64,000 nucleotides of DNA, from NCBI GenBank assembly GCA_951406725.2, contig OX597830.1, forward strand, positions 17,050,001-17,114,000, written 5' to 3'. A program made the translations under genes and the position numbers. The notes under the pieces are model-generated. The model did no database searches. It was not told the DNA's origin and was given only the letters and a program-made list of their open reading frames with translations. Origin of the DNA: Octopus vulgaris (Eukaryota). This document shows, piece by piece, positions 51,130-63,670 of this stretch. Position 1 is the stretch's first letter; each line of letters opens with the position of its first letter.

Positions 51130-52400
51130 TTTGAATTTGGAAATAAGGACATCAAGAACTATAATACTACTTAATAGACAATCCCCAATAAAATGTGCCA
51201 TAGAATTAGAGAATAAAATATGCCATAGAATTAGAGAATAAAATGTGCTGTAGAATTAGAGAATAAAATGTGTAAAGAATTAGAGAATAAAATATGCCGT
51301 AGAATTAGAGAATAAAATGTGCCCTAGAATTAGAGAATTGTCAGGATGAACAAAATACAATTCCAATACACTATATACTCTAGCTTACATAGCAACACAA
51401 ACTCAAGGAATACAGAAACATACAATATTATCCATCAAAGCATTCCATTACTGAAGCAAGATCCATGGATGAAAAATGCATTTGAAACATTCAAAATAAT
51501 TAAAAGCAAAAGACAACCAAAATCTATGAAGAAATTATTGATCCATGCCAAATTGCCTTTCCAGAACACAACTCCAGTAGCTAAAAAGTGTAGTTGCCCT
51601 AACTACAGAACCTGCATCAACCTTATACAAGACATAACCCTACAAATTCAGATCAGGACATATCTTCCTTGCAAAAAGAAATCACTTCACAAGCTCATCA
51701 ACGAATGTAATCTCTTACTGTTAAATGTAAAGGTTGTAAGGAAGATTATATAGGACAAACAAAACTTTGAGAACCAAATTCACTATCCATAAGCAACAAA
51801 TACAATAGCAGACAGGTTTTTCTAAACACTTTATGCAACAAAGAGAACCAAAGAGAACAAAGACATTTCCACAAAGAAGAGAACCATGAAATTCTTAATC
51901 TTCTCACTTTATCTTTGTTCCTATAAAACAACAGATGAAGTACAGATAAATAAAAAAAATCATCATCATCATCATTTAACGTCCGCTTTCCATGCTAGCA
52001 TGGGTTGGACGATTTGACTGGGGACTGGTGAACCAGATGCCTGCACCAGGCTCCAATCTTGATCTGGTAGAGTTTCTACAGTTGGATGCCCTTCCTAATG
52101 CCAACCACTCCAAGAGTGTAGTGGGTGCTTTTAGGTGCCACCGGCATGAGGGCCAGTCTGGCAGTACTGGCAACGGCCCTGCTCCAATGGTGTTTTTTAT
52201 GTGCCACCTACACAGGAGTCAGTCCAATGGCACTGGCAATGACCTCGCTCAAATTATTTTGCTCATCTGCCACCAGCACAAGTGCCAGTAAAGTAACGCT
52301 GGTAATGATCACACTCAAATGGTGCTTTTTACATGCCACTGGCACGGAAGCCAGACAGCATGTTTATTAAACAATATAAACACAACCTAATAAGCTATAT
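51130..52400 (+). mobile_element. Penelope-like element remnant (linker + GIY-YIG endonuclease), interrupted by an RTE 3' UTR
   Basis: IIKSKRQPKSMKKLLIHAK...KKCSCPNYRTC followed by KCKGCKEDYIGQT..TIHKQQI; resumes FIKQYK after the insert at 51960-52355. Confidence 0.8.
51189..51338. repeat. Minisatellite, 6 x ~25 bp (TAAAATGTGCCATAGAATTAGAGAA)
   Basis: Direct tandem units without spacers, inside the PLE remnant. Confidence 0.9.
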
Positions 52401-52769
52401 TGTATAAGCATGGTCACAGGTCCCTAAAATTCGAAATCCTAAAACCTTGTTTGGAAATCACCAATGAAATCTTTCTCAAAAAAAAAAAAAAAAATCAACC
52501 TCCATCCCCTCAAAACCCGTAAAAAAAAAAAGAAAAAACCCCAAGTTTCCAGATTATACTGACTTCATCAAAGGATATATTAATAGCCTTGTTTGGACAG
52601 AACTGATAACCCATTTGGCATCAGCATTATAATGCTTAAAATTTGGTAATGCAACATGGCATTAAGGAATCTTTAGAAGAACTGCCACACAAAACATGGG
52701 ATAAGATTTTCCATATTCCATTACTTTTGAAACTTAAAATATATTTGTGAAACCAGTTTGGTAATTGTA

Positions 52770-53172
52770 TACTCTTTTACTTGTTTCGGTCATTTGACTG
52801 TGGCCATGCTGGAGCACCGCCTTTGGTCGAGCAAATCAACCCCAGGACTTATTCTTTGTAAGCTTAGTACTTATTCTATCAGTCTCTTTTTGCCGAACTG
52901 CTAAGTTACGGGGATGTAAACACACCAGCATCGGTTGTCAAGTGATGTTGAGAGGACAAACACAGACACACAAACATATACACACACACATACATACATA
53001 CACACACACACACACATTCTTTCAGTGTCCGTCTACTAAATCCACTCACAAGGCTTTGGTTGGCCCGAGGCTATAGCAGAAGACACTTGCCTTGCCCAAG
53101 GTGCCACGCAGTGGGAGTGAACCCAGAACCATGTGATTGGTAAGCAAGCTACTTACCACACAGCCACCCCTG
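52770..53172 (-). mobile_element. SINE group A
   Basis: Full-length. Confidence 0.9.
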
Positions 53173-54525
53173 CACTGTATATTAATTTTCATGAAATAAA
53201 TTTTCTTAAATTGCATTTTCAGCACTTTTCTTTTCTTTATACTTCTTACTCATGTGGAAAACTGCATTTTCCTGCACTTTCTCTGTGTGTGTGTAAGAGA
53301 GAGAGGGGGAAAGAGAGAGAGAGAGAGTGAGAGACAGACAGACATAGACAGAGAGCTCACCTTATTAAATGTTTGTGTGTCTTTATTTCTGTGTGTGGAA
53401 AGGTGTAAACGGGGGAGGGGAAAATAATGGGTTTGTTTTGATTTGCTACAATAGCCAAACAGCATAACAAAGTGTGTCATACAGTGTGACTCAAAATTAT
53501 GAGTGTGTACTGACATAGGTCATGACATTGGAAATTTAGGGGTCAAGGTAAATAAAGGGGAAAGAATAGGAGCTGACTGTGCTTCACAAGGTGAAGGCAG
53601 GGGACTTATTATTTGTATAAGTAGACCTCGTGCAGTAATGAGGGTGACGGTAAGGCTGTTGGTTATGTTGTGTGGCTATTTTCATGTTAATACCGAGAGA
53701 TTTGTTTTGCGGGTGGGAGTGGGGTGTCACTACTCCTAACCGACTATTTCATTTATATGAGATAAGTACCTTGCATATGTGGGTGAATATATATTTGTGC
53801 AAGTATGTGTGTGCAAGTGTGTTTGTATTTATTTATATAGTCCAATATGTATACACACAAATACAAACACACACACACACACATTTTCTGAAGTCAAATA
53901 TCTTATAGTTACATTGTGTCAGTTGCTATTCATTTTACTGTGTTACACATTCTACTTTTGTGCATATCTTAGTTGCTTATTGATAAATGAGCACAAAGAA
54001 TTTAAACACACACACACACACACACATACACATGCATACATTCATGCATATATACATACAGATACATGCATGCACATATACATATTTCAAAATAGATATA
54101 GACAGTTTGGCATTAGGAAAGCCATCAAGCTGTAGAAACTGCCAGATCAAGATTGGGGTCTGGTGCAGCCATCTGGTTCGCCAGTCCTCAGTCAAATCGT
54201 CCAACCCATGCTAGCATGGAAAGCAGACATTAAATGATGATGATGATGATGATGATGAGATCAATACATAGACAGATAAACAGAAAGAGAGAGAGAGAGA
54301 GAGATTATTTACATCTGTCTATCTGTTTCTTTCTTTCTCAATATATATATATATATATATATATATTAAATTCAAAAGGATATAGTGAACAAACGTCCTA
54401 CTTGTTCAAACAACTTTATAATATCCTCATACCATCGCATTAATGAAAATAAATACATATTAAAATAACAGGGTATCCAACTTATAAATCCCCAAAGCAT
54501 AAATATATATATGTATACATATGTG

Positions 54526-54610
<85 letters not shown>

Positions 54611-54730
54611 GAAAAATTTTGTTGTAGGTATAAATATACCATAAACAAATATAAAAAATCGAGGAAAAAGAGGATGTTGAATCAAAATTAGATTTAATAT
54701 AAAATTGGATTCAATACATCATGCCACATT

Positions 54731-57532
54731 TCCAGTCATCGAAATTGATTTTGATTTTGATTTGATTTCACTTGCCTCAACAGGTCTTCACAAGCAGAGT
54801 TTAGTGTCCAAAGAAGGAAAAGGTATGCATTAGTGGGCTGGTTATGCTCCTGGCATAGGCCACAAGGTCATGGTCTCATTTGGCTTGCCAGGTCTTCTCA
54901 AGCGCAGCATATTTCCAAAAGGCTCAGTCACTAGTCATTGCCTCGGTGAGGCCTAATGTTCAAAGGTCGTGCTTCACCACTTTATCCCAGGTCTTCCTGG
55001 GTCTACCTTTTCCACAGGTTCCCTCAACCGCTAGGATGTGGCAGTTTTTCACACAGCTATCCTCATCCATTCTCGCCACATGATCATACCAGCACAGTTG
55101 TCTCTCTTGCACACTACATCTGATGCTTCTTAGGTCCAACTTTTCTCTTAAGGTACTTACACTCTGTCAAGTATGCATACTGACATTACACATCTATCGG
55201 ATCATACTGGCTTCATTCCTCACGAGCTTACGCATGTCCTCAGCAGTCACGGCCCATGTTTCACTGCCATGCAGCTTTGCTGTTCGCACACATGCGTCAT
55301 ACAGTCTACCTTTTACTCTGAGCGAGAGGCCCTTTGTCACCAGCAGAAGTAAGAGCTCTCTGAACTTTGCCCAGGCTATTCTTATTCTAGCAGTGACACT
55401 TTCAGCGCACCCTCCCCTGCTACTGATGTGGTCACCTAGGTAACAGAAGCTATCAACTACTTCCAGATTTTTTTTCTCTGGAACGTGATGGAAGTTGTTC
55501 TCTGCACATTTTCAGTGTTTATTGCTCCTGAGCATCTGCCACATACAAAAACTATCTTCCCAGTTAGCCTTCTTTTGATATTGCTACACCTCTTACCTGT
55601 CCATAGCTTACACTGGGTACATCTTATAGAGTTTCTACCTATGCCTTTTCTATAGACCAAGCAGGGCCACTACCTGAAGGGATTTGTTGTTTGTCTGCCT
55701 TCCTACTTATTAGTACTTTGGTTTTAGCTAGGTTGACTCTAAGGCCCTTGTTTCCACATCTGAAACTTCTCCTCTAGTTCTGATTGTGACTCAGCAATTA
55801 GAGCAAGGTCGTCAGCATAGAGGAGCTCCCAGGGGCATCCTGTCTTGAATTCCTCTGTTATTGCCTGGAGGACTATGATAAATAGGAGGGGGCTGAGGAC
55901 TGAACCTTGGTGGACCCCTACCTCCACCCAGAATTCTTCACTGTACTCATTGCCAACCCTCACCTGACTGACAGCGTCCCTGTGCATGGCTTGCACTAGC
56001 TCTCACTAACCATTCATCTATCCCTAGTTTCCTCATTGACCACCAGATAAGGGATTGGGGAACCCTGTCAAAGGCTTTCTCCATGTCAACAAAAGCCAGG
56101 TACAGAGGTTTATCTTTGGCCAGGTATTTCTCTTGCAGCTGTCTTACCAGAAATATGGCATCAGTGGTGCTTTTCCCTGGCATGAACCCAAACTGCATCT
56201 CATCTAAACTGACTCTCTCCCTAATTGGTTGGGCTATAACCTTCTCTATGACCTTCATTACCTGATCCAATAACTTGATACCCCTGTAATTATTTGTATC
56301 TAAAGCATCACCTTTACCTTTGTAGCAGTTGACTATTATGCTGCTACACCAGTCATTGGGTATGACTCCTTCGTGTATCACCTGGTTAACTATACGGCTG
56401 ACTTCCTTTGATATTGCTGCACCTCTTATCTGTCCTTAGCTTACACAGGGTACATCTTATAGAGTTTCTACCTACGCCTTTTCTACAGATTCAGCAGGGC
56501 CATCATTATAGCCGACACTACCAGATATTTTGAGCATCTCTGCAGTGATTCCTGATGGGCCGGGGGCTTTCCCTGTCTTCATACACTTAATTGCTTTATC
56601 TACCAAGGTACTTTCAACTCAGATAGCAGATTCCTCTGTTGGGTTGACATTCGGCAGACTCCCTTTCTCCTATTAATTTTCTTTATTGAGCAACCTTTCA
56701 TAGTGGCGTCTCCAAACTTCTCTCTTTGCAGACTCGTTTAGTGCAAGTGAACCATCATCCATGCGAACACATTTCTCTCCTACTACATCACGTTTCCCCC
56801 TCACACACTGTCTTGCAACATGAAATACCTCAAGTCTTTGATCCTCATAGCACAGAATATTGGCAAATTTTTTCTTATTTGCTTCCCCGCTGGCTAAATA
56901 AACCTGTCTCCTAGCTTCCCTTCTGGCAGTCTGATACAATTCCCTGCTAACACCGTTCTGCCAGTCCTTCCAAGCCTGTTTCTTTTCTCTAATAGCCCTG
57001 TCAACAACATCGTTCCACCACCATGTTATTTTGGGTCGAGAGGGGACTTTGCACCATCCACAGATCTGTCGGTGGCCCTTAGCAGGTTGTCCTGTAGGAA
57101 CCTCCAGTTGTCTTCTACATTGTGTGAAGCTATATCTCCTGCTATTTTGTCAAAGGCTTCAAGTAATATGTCTCTAAATCTCTGTCCATTGGCAGGATCT
57201 TTAAGCTTCCAGACCCTTCTCTTTCATGCTGGTTGTCTTCTGAGCTTCCAGTTAGCCCTGATCCTGAAGTCACTAACTACCAGTCTATGTTGTGGGGTAC
57301 ATTCTTCACCTGGGAAGGTTTTGGAATTTATAAGCAGCCATCTTCCCCTTTTTCTGGTGAGGATGTAGTCAATTTGGCTAGTGTGTCTGCCAGAACAGTA
57401 GGTGACTAGGTGACTGGCAGGTTTTCTGAAGTTAGTATTGCAAACGATAAGATCATTTGCATCACAGAACTCCAGCAGCCTGGGTCCCTCCTCATTGCGG
57501 GAGCCAAAACCATAGCCTCCAAGTACACCATG
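54731..57532 (-). mobile_element. Decayed RTE-clade LINE (partial APE endonuclease + reverse transcriptase + start of 3' UTR)
   Basis: Frameshifted ORF pieces carry QIDYIL, NYRGIKLL, QFGFMPGKSTTDAIF, AFVDMEKAFDRV, GVHQGSVLSPLLF, LLYADDLAL and YLGD. The 5' end is lost in a (TA)n tract at about 57535. Confidence 0.95.
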
Positions 57533-57563
57533 GAAATATATATATATGTATATATATATATAT

Positions 57564-57603
<40 letters not shown>

Positions 57604-57854
57604 GAAATTGATAAAGATGAGGAGAACAGAGATTTGCACATCCAAATTTTATTACACGGTTAATTACATCGTTCTTCATTAAGAGCTATTCGTGTTTCCA
57701 CTGCAAGCCATTGCACACTGTTAAGAGTGCTTCCTGGTGTTAATTATTCTGTGTGTGTGTGTGTGTGTGCGGTGCGTGTGTGTGTGTGTGAGTGTGGGTG
57801 TATGTGTGTGAGAGAGAAAGGAGAGTTAGAGAGAGTTTGTGTATGTCTGTATGA

Positions 57855-57885
<31 letters not shown>

Positions 57886-58052
57886 TTTGTGTATGTGAGT
57901 GAGAGAGAAAGGAGAGCTAGAGAGAGAGTTTGTGTATGTATGTATGAGTGTGTGTGTGTGTGTATGTGTGAGAGAGAGTTTGTGCATGTGTGTATGAGTG
58001 TGTGTGTGTATGTGTGAGAGAGAGTTTGTGCATGTGTGTATGAGTGTGTGTA

Positions 58053-58083
<31 letters not shown>

Positions 58084-58383
58084 AAAGAACCAAGGTGAGG
58101 AGAGTAGTTATTGATGGTTGTTTTTTGAGCCTACTCGTTTGCCATTTGATATGTGGAACAGACATGTTGTTCAACAGAATATGTACAGATGGAAAATTCT
58201 TTTTGTTCACTGTGTACCTCTAATCTTATGTCACAAACAGGATAATCAGTAATGAATAAATTATTATTTTACTAACCCCTCGAAATCGTTGATTAATTGA
58301 GAAATTAACTAAAACAAATCGACCCGATATTGCATCAGGAATATGGTCATGAAAGTGTTAAAGGCTTCAGCAGAACTATTTTG

Positions 58384-58797
58384 GGATCTTTTCGGTTTGA
58401 ACAGCAGTTTTTCCTAGCAGTGTCATATGAAATTGTCACCCATAATTATGACCCTAGTATCGATCTATTGCATTTCAATCTATTTTAGAGTTAGGGTTAG
58501 GGGTGGGGGGAAGAGTATCTTTTTTTCTTCACAAATGTAAATAAACCTAATCTGTTTCTTAAACGAGGGACATACTCATACGGCACAGAATGTTTTCACC
58601 TCAATAGACGTCACTGATTGGTTGAAATTGCAGAAATTGAAGAAAAAACAACAAATATCTTACAAACTATAGAATTTTCTCAATAACGCCAAGAGAAAAA
58701 GATGTTTTATAAACACATTCTACCAGTATACGAGGTTTAAAATTTTTTAGTTACCTAGAAATTATGTTAAAAACTGCCGTTCAAATCGAAAAGATCC
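58384..58797 (-). mobile_element. GGATC-ended MITE, second copy
   Basis: Same TIRs, exact 8-bp TSD CTATTTTG. Confidence 0.9.
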
Positions 58798-59427
58798 CTA
58801 TTTTGGTGATGGTTGTTGTTTTGATTCCAGATAAGCCCTGCTTAAGGAGACATGTTCAGAAATAATCAATTCATGTAATCCCCGTCCTTTTCAACGGTAT
58901 TGTAAAACAGCATGGTATGATTTAAATAAAGTGTTTGGCTACTATTTCTAGCAGGTCAAGTGATCTCGTAGGTGTCTTCTCATAGACGTAGCTGTGACTG
59001 TTTCCTATCTATCGCATAATATGATACATTGACAGGTCGGTGCTTAAATTAGCAAGTTTGTAGTTAAAGGGAGATAATTCATGTAGTCTTGTTACAAGCC
59101 AAGATGTGTTTCTTACATTGTCACTCGACCGGCGAAGGGAACAGTATTTTCCTTTCTTTCTTTCCGTCATTGTATTTAAATATATCTGGACGTAGAACAG
59201 GAGTTCCCATCCTGCGATGTTCGAGAGATTATTTTTCAAGGAGTGCGACAAAGACGAAAAAAATATAATTTATTTAGATCAATTTTCAAAATAAAAGTAT
59301 TAACCAATTCCTATAAGACTCTATTCTACTAAGCACATCAAGAACTTTTTATTTTTATTTTGTATGAGTAAATTTGATTAGGGCCAAAAGCTCATTCTAT
59401 TTGAGGAATAAGGGTGCATTCCAAATG

Positions 59428-59816
59428 GGATCTTTTCGGTTTGAACGGCAGGTTTTTTTTAATAATTTCCACTTTTAAACTTCGTATACTGGTAGAATGT
59501 GTTTATAAAACATCTTTTTCTCTTGGCTTTATTGAGAAAATTCTATGGTTTGTAAGATATTTGTTGTTTCAACCAATCGATGACGTCTATTGAGGTAAAA
59601 AAACATTCTGTGCCGTATGAATATGTCCCTCGTTTAAGAAACAGATTGGGTTTATTTACATTTGTGAAGAAAAAAAAATACCTTTCCCCCCACCCTTAAC
59701 ACTAACCCTAACCCTAAAACAGATTGAAATGCAATAGATCGATACTAGGGTCATAATTATGGGTGACAATTTCATGACACCACTAGAAAAAACTGCCTTT
59801 CAAACCGAACAGATCC
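59428..59816 (+). mobile_element. GGATC-ended MITE, third copy
   Basis: Same TIRs and body, inverted relative to 58384; flanked by a long duplication. Confidence 0.9.
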
Positions 59817-59892
59817 GAACTGGATCTTTTCGGTTTCGAACTCTATTCTACTAAGCATATCAAGAACTTTTTGAAATTTTGTATGAGTAAAT

Positions 59893-60114
59893 TTGATTAG
59901 GACCAAAAGCTCATTCTATTTGAGGGATAAGGGCGCATTCCAAATGGAACATTTTCTCATTCCATTTGTAACAACATACTCGTGTGAATCTAGACTCAGT
60001 TCTCTTTCGTCACTCAACACAAAATCTACGTTTCACCTGAATCTACAGGTAGACCTGCTGATGGCAGTTTGCAAGAAAATTCCACGTACTGATAATGTTC
60101 TGAACGAGAAACAA
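59893..60114 (+). mobile_element. hAT (Charlie/Buster-type) transposase C-terminal dimerization-domain remnant
   Basis: FLIPFVTTYSCESRLSSLSSLNTKSTFHLNLQVDLLMAVCKKIPR resembles the LLPF.TTYLCE.GFS....KTK.R.RL...DLR motif. Confidence 0.75.
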
Positions 60115-60519
60115 GACAAAAAAGAAGTCCTTGAAATTTTGTTTTCAATTGCGACTGATTTCCCTGTTTACAGTTCCCTTTTTCTAAATTGTTTACGTTT
60201 CTATTTTTATGCAGTCTGTGTCAAAAATTATATTTTCAGTCCTGTTTGTTCACCCACCCTACCGTATGAAGTTTAATTTTGGAAAAAAAAAAAAAAAAAT
60301 GAGAACGAATGATAAATTACTGTTTTTCATGTCATGGAAGACGCACTCAAATTCCAGTCACGTATATTCAGGAAAAGGTTTTAGTACCTTTAACCATGTA
60401 ATATAGACTCGGCTTCATATATAAGACTCGGGGTAACTGTTTGAGACATTTTTATTTTCAAGGTAAAATTACACGTGCGGGTGTTACTCTGTAATTTTAC
60501 CAAAAATAATAATAATAAA

Positions 60520-60883
60520 TCGGAGAGCTGCTGGAACAATCATTCGCTTCTTTTCGTTGTACTGAGGAGGGATACCCTCAAATACCTTCAGTCGGCCAAG
60601 AGCATCTTTTCCACGCTTAATTTTATGAGGAAGCATATCTCTGACTGTCCTAAAGAAAATTTTGCTGGGGGCCCTGAAATGGAATCTTTTTCGAAGGTAA
60701 TCTAAATACTTCATTTTATTTCTGTGGAAATGGCCTTAAATATTGATACCTTCACATCGGACAATTACCATTCTTTGTCCTTGCAAGAGACTTTTGGCTA
60801 CGACTGCAGACAAACGCCCCAAAAGATGCCCACTGGCATCGATCACGATGGGCTGACGTTGGAACACCATGATGGGAAAAAGG
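60520..60883 (-). pseudogene. RPL13A: Processed pseudogene of 60S ribosomal protein L13a (uL13)
   Basis: ATG at 60870 reads [116 protein letters not shown]. No introns, TAA at codon 45 (60736-60738) in place of Ser, the conserved MNTNPSRGP-type loop is missing, and homology stops after PAALR. A pyrimidine tract CCTTTTTCCCATC precedes the ATG. Confidence 0.93.
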
Positions 60884-62027
60884 ACGTCTTATATGCTATC
60901 AAATACGGCAGTTGTTACAAAATTAACTTTTCCGTAAGGGAAGACGAAGCAAGTTGATCCAGTTTTAGTTAGGAGTGAAATTACTGTTCTTGCAGAAAAT
61001 AGTATCTTACTTTCAAATTAAATCCTTAGGAAACATTCGTAGCTAATTCTAACTTTCTATTTTCACACTGAAAGTCACGGTAACCTTTCAAAAAATTAAT
61101 GTCAAATAGTTTAGTTTGCTCCGCCTGTGGGATAAGTTGATCCAACTTCTAGAGTAAGTTGATCAGCGGCTCAAATAAAGTTAACTGCGGTATAAACCCA
61201 TTGTTCCGCCTGAAAAATATATTTAATGTTGTAACTACAACATTGGGCGAAATGATTACGTTGTGTTCATCGTTATAACAGTCAGTTAAAAAGAAATTGA
61301 GACAGAGAACAGTCAAGATTGTCAACTATGGTAAGAAAAGTCTGCTCCATTGAGCTGCAAAAATTCAGATGCAAAAATTAATCAATCATTTCCTAGTGGC
61401 GCAGGGCATAGAAAAATTTGGGAACCATTGATCCAGAAGTACATTGTTATTTATTTATTTATTCATTTATTTAAGATGACAGTGATATGAAGGAGATTCG
61501 ACTGCTATTTCTAGCAAGTCGAGCCATCATGTAGAGACTCCGGTGTTGGTGTTGATGCGGTTGTTGCTTAGCGCCAGGGGAGTTCAAATGAAGCAGACTT
61601 ATGATCAAAGACGTTCCAGCCGTGCCCATCTTGTCTTGTGGGGATTATCTAAACCTACATTATATGGTGTCATTTAAAAAATAATTTTTAAAAAAGAGTT
61701 ATACCCCCACCGCCTTAAAAAACGATGGGTGAAGAACACATTGGATACTAAAGGTCTAAATATTAAAAATAAGACGGGAAATTTGATCTTAGATCAACGT
61801 AATCAAAGTTGACCTGGAGCTAAACGACAAGATAAAAACGAGTCCACGAACGAATCTCTACGCGGTCGGTCGATCTGCTAGAAAAAGCAGCCAAATCCCC
61901 TCTGCGATACAATAGTGTTTTTAAAAGAAAAACGACACATTGTATTATATAGCCCTTTATATATAAAAGACAGGATGGTCATGTTGGAATGCCTTTGATC
62001 ATATATCTGCTTATAATGGACAGGCTT

Positions 62028-62463
62028 AAGTGGTTGTGTGGTAAGTAGTTTGTTTACCAACCACATGTTTACCAACCGGGTTCAGTCCCACTGCGTGGCA
62101 CCTTGGGCAAGTGTCTTCTGCTATAGCCTCGGGCCGACCAAAGCCTTGTGAGTGGATTTGGTACACGGAAACTGAAAGAAGCCCGTCGTATATATGTATA
62201 TATATATATGCGTGTGTGTGTTTGTGTGTCTGTGTTTGTCCCCCTAGCATTGTTTGACAACCGATGCTGGTGTGTTTATGTCCCCCGTTACTTAGCGGTT
62301 CGGCAAAAGAGACCGATAGAATAAGTACTGGGCTTACAAAAGAAAAACAACACATTGTATTACATAGCCCTTGATATATAAAAGACAGGGTAGTCAAGTT
62401 GCTCGATTAAAGGCGGTGCTCCAGCATGGCCGCAGTCAAATGACTGAAACAAGTAAAAGAGTA
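62028..62463 (+). mobile_element. SINE group A with internal insertion
   Basis: SINE body with a foreign 55-bp segment at about 62342-62396. Confidence 0.85.
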
Positions 62464-62883
62464 ACGGTTAGACTTGAACTCAGAATGTAAAGGGGGGTAA
62501 CTAGACAAGGCAAGCTGTTCCATCTGGTGTTTTATGAGATTGTGGTGGTTTGTGGTGCTTCGATATAATCGCTTATAACACAGATGCAAAGCTAGGGATT
62601 TGGTGGAGGGGAATATCGATTATAACCAACCAGTATTTGACTAGTAATGTATTTTATCGATCCCAGGTAGATGAAAAGCATAGCTACCCTACCGGCCTTT
62701 ATATAACATAAACTTTCTGATTCAGGTGTATCTTTGATGCCTCTGTTGTTTAAACCCAGATCAATACTGACTGATCGACCAGAGTTATGATCAAAAGTAA
62801 TATCCAGCCATGAAAATCATGTCTTTTTCAGTGGAACGTTAGAACGGTAAGGTGTGATTTGAGGGTGGCTTGGCTTCTGTTTC

Positions 62884-63292
62884 TTATTTCTTTATTGCCT
62901 ACAAGGGGCTAAACATAGAGGAGACACACAAGGGGATTAAGTCGATTACATCGACCCCAGTGCGTAACTGGTATTTAATTTATTGACCCCGAAAAGATGA
63001 AAGGCAAAGTCGACCACGGTGGAATTTGAACTCAGAACGTCGCGGCAGACGAAATACCTATTTCTTTACTACCCACAAGGGGCTAGACACAGAGGGAACG
63101 AACAAGGACAGACAAAGGGATTAAGTCAATTACATCGACTCTAGTGTGTAACTGGTACTTAATTTAACGACCCCCGAAAGGATGAAAGGCAAAGTTGACC
63201 TCGGCGGAATTTGAACTCAGAACGTAGCGGCAGACGAAATACGGTAACGTATTTCGCCCGGTGTGCTAACGTTTCTGCCAGCTCGCCGCCTT
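62884..63292 (-). mobile_element. Dimeric SINE B (head-body-tail-body-tail)
   Basis: Whole dimer flanked by the 15-bp TSD CTTGGCTTCTGTTTC. Confidence 0.85.
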
Positions 63293-63442
63293 CTTGGCTT
63301 CTGTTTCCAGCCAGTCACAGTTTTGGCTGTGACTGTTCTCCAGTTGGATAGCCAGGAAAAATAATAGCCTCAAAGGCAACTTGGAGTTAAGGGAGATAAT
63401 TCACGCAAGAGAAAGGATACGTACATAGTGCAGTCTTCAATG

Positions 63443-63670
63443 CAGTAATCCCCCGTCATCTCGCGGTTCACATATCGCGATTTATTATTGAAGCTTACGT
63501 CGATTCCTCTGTGGTGTTGTTTTGCATTTATAATACAATAAATGTATATAAATTATAAAAATGATTTTAAAATATACAGTACAGTACTATTTCTACTTCG
63601 CTGATTTTCGCCTAGCGCGGGTGTCGGTGGGTGGTGGAATGTAGCATCCGCGATAGTCGAGGGATTACTG
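63443..63670. mobile_element. Tigger/pogo-type MITE
   Basis: TIR CAGTAATCCCCCG / CGAGGGATTACTG followed by TA. Confidence 0.7.

Noticed and set aside
51189-51338. 25-bp repeat array
   Set aside because: No spacers; a simple minisatellite inside a PLE remnant.
52540-52576. Hammerhead-like UUGAUGA..CAG/CUG-GAAAC near the PLE remnant (similar trace at 11130-11200)
   Set aside because: Stems too degenerate to support from a single copy.
60484-60714. ORF-track 76-aa RPL13A-like protein as a functional gene
   Set aside because: Part of a copy with an upstream in-frame stop, an internal deletion and a missing C-terminal half.
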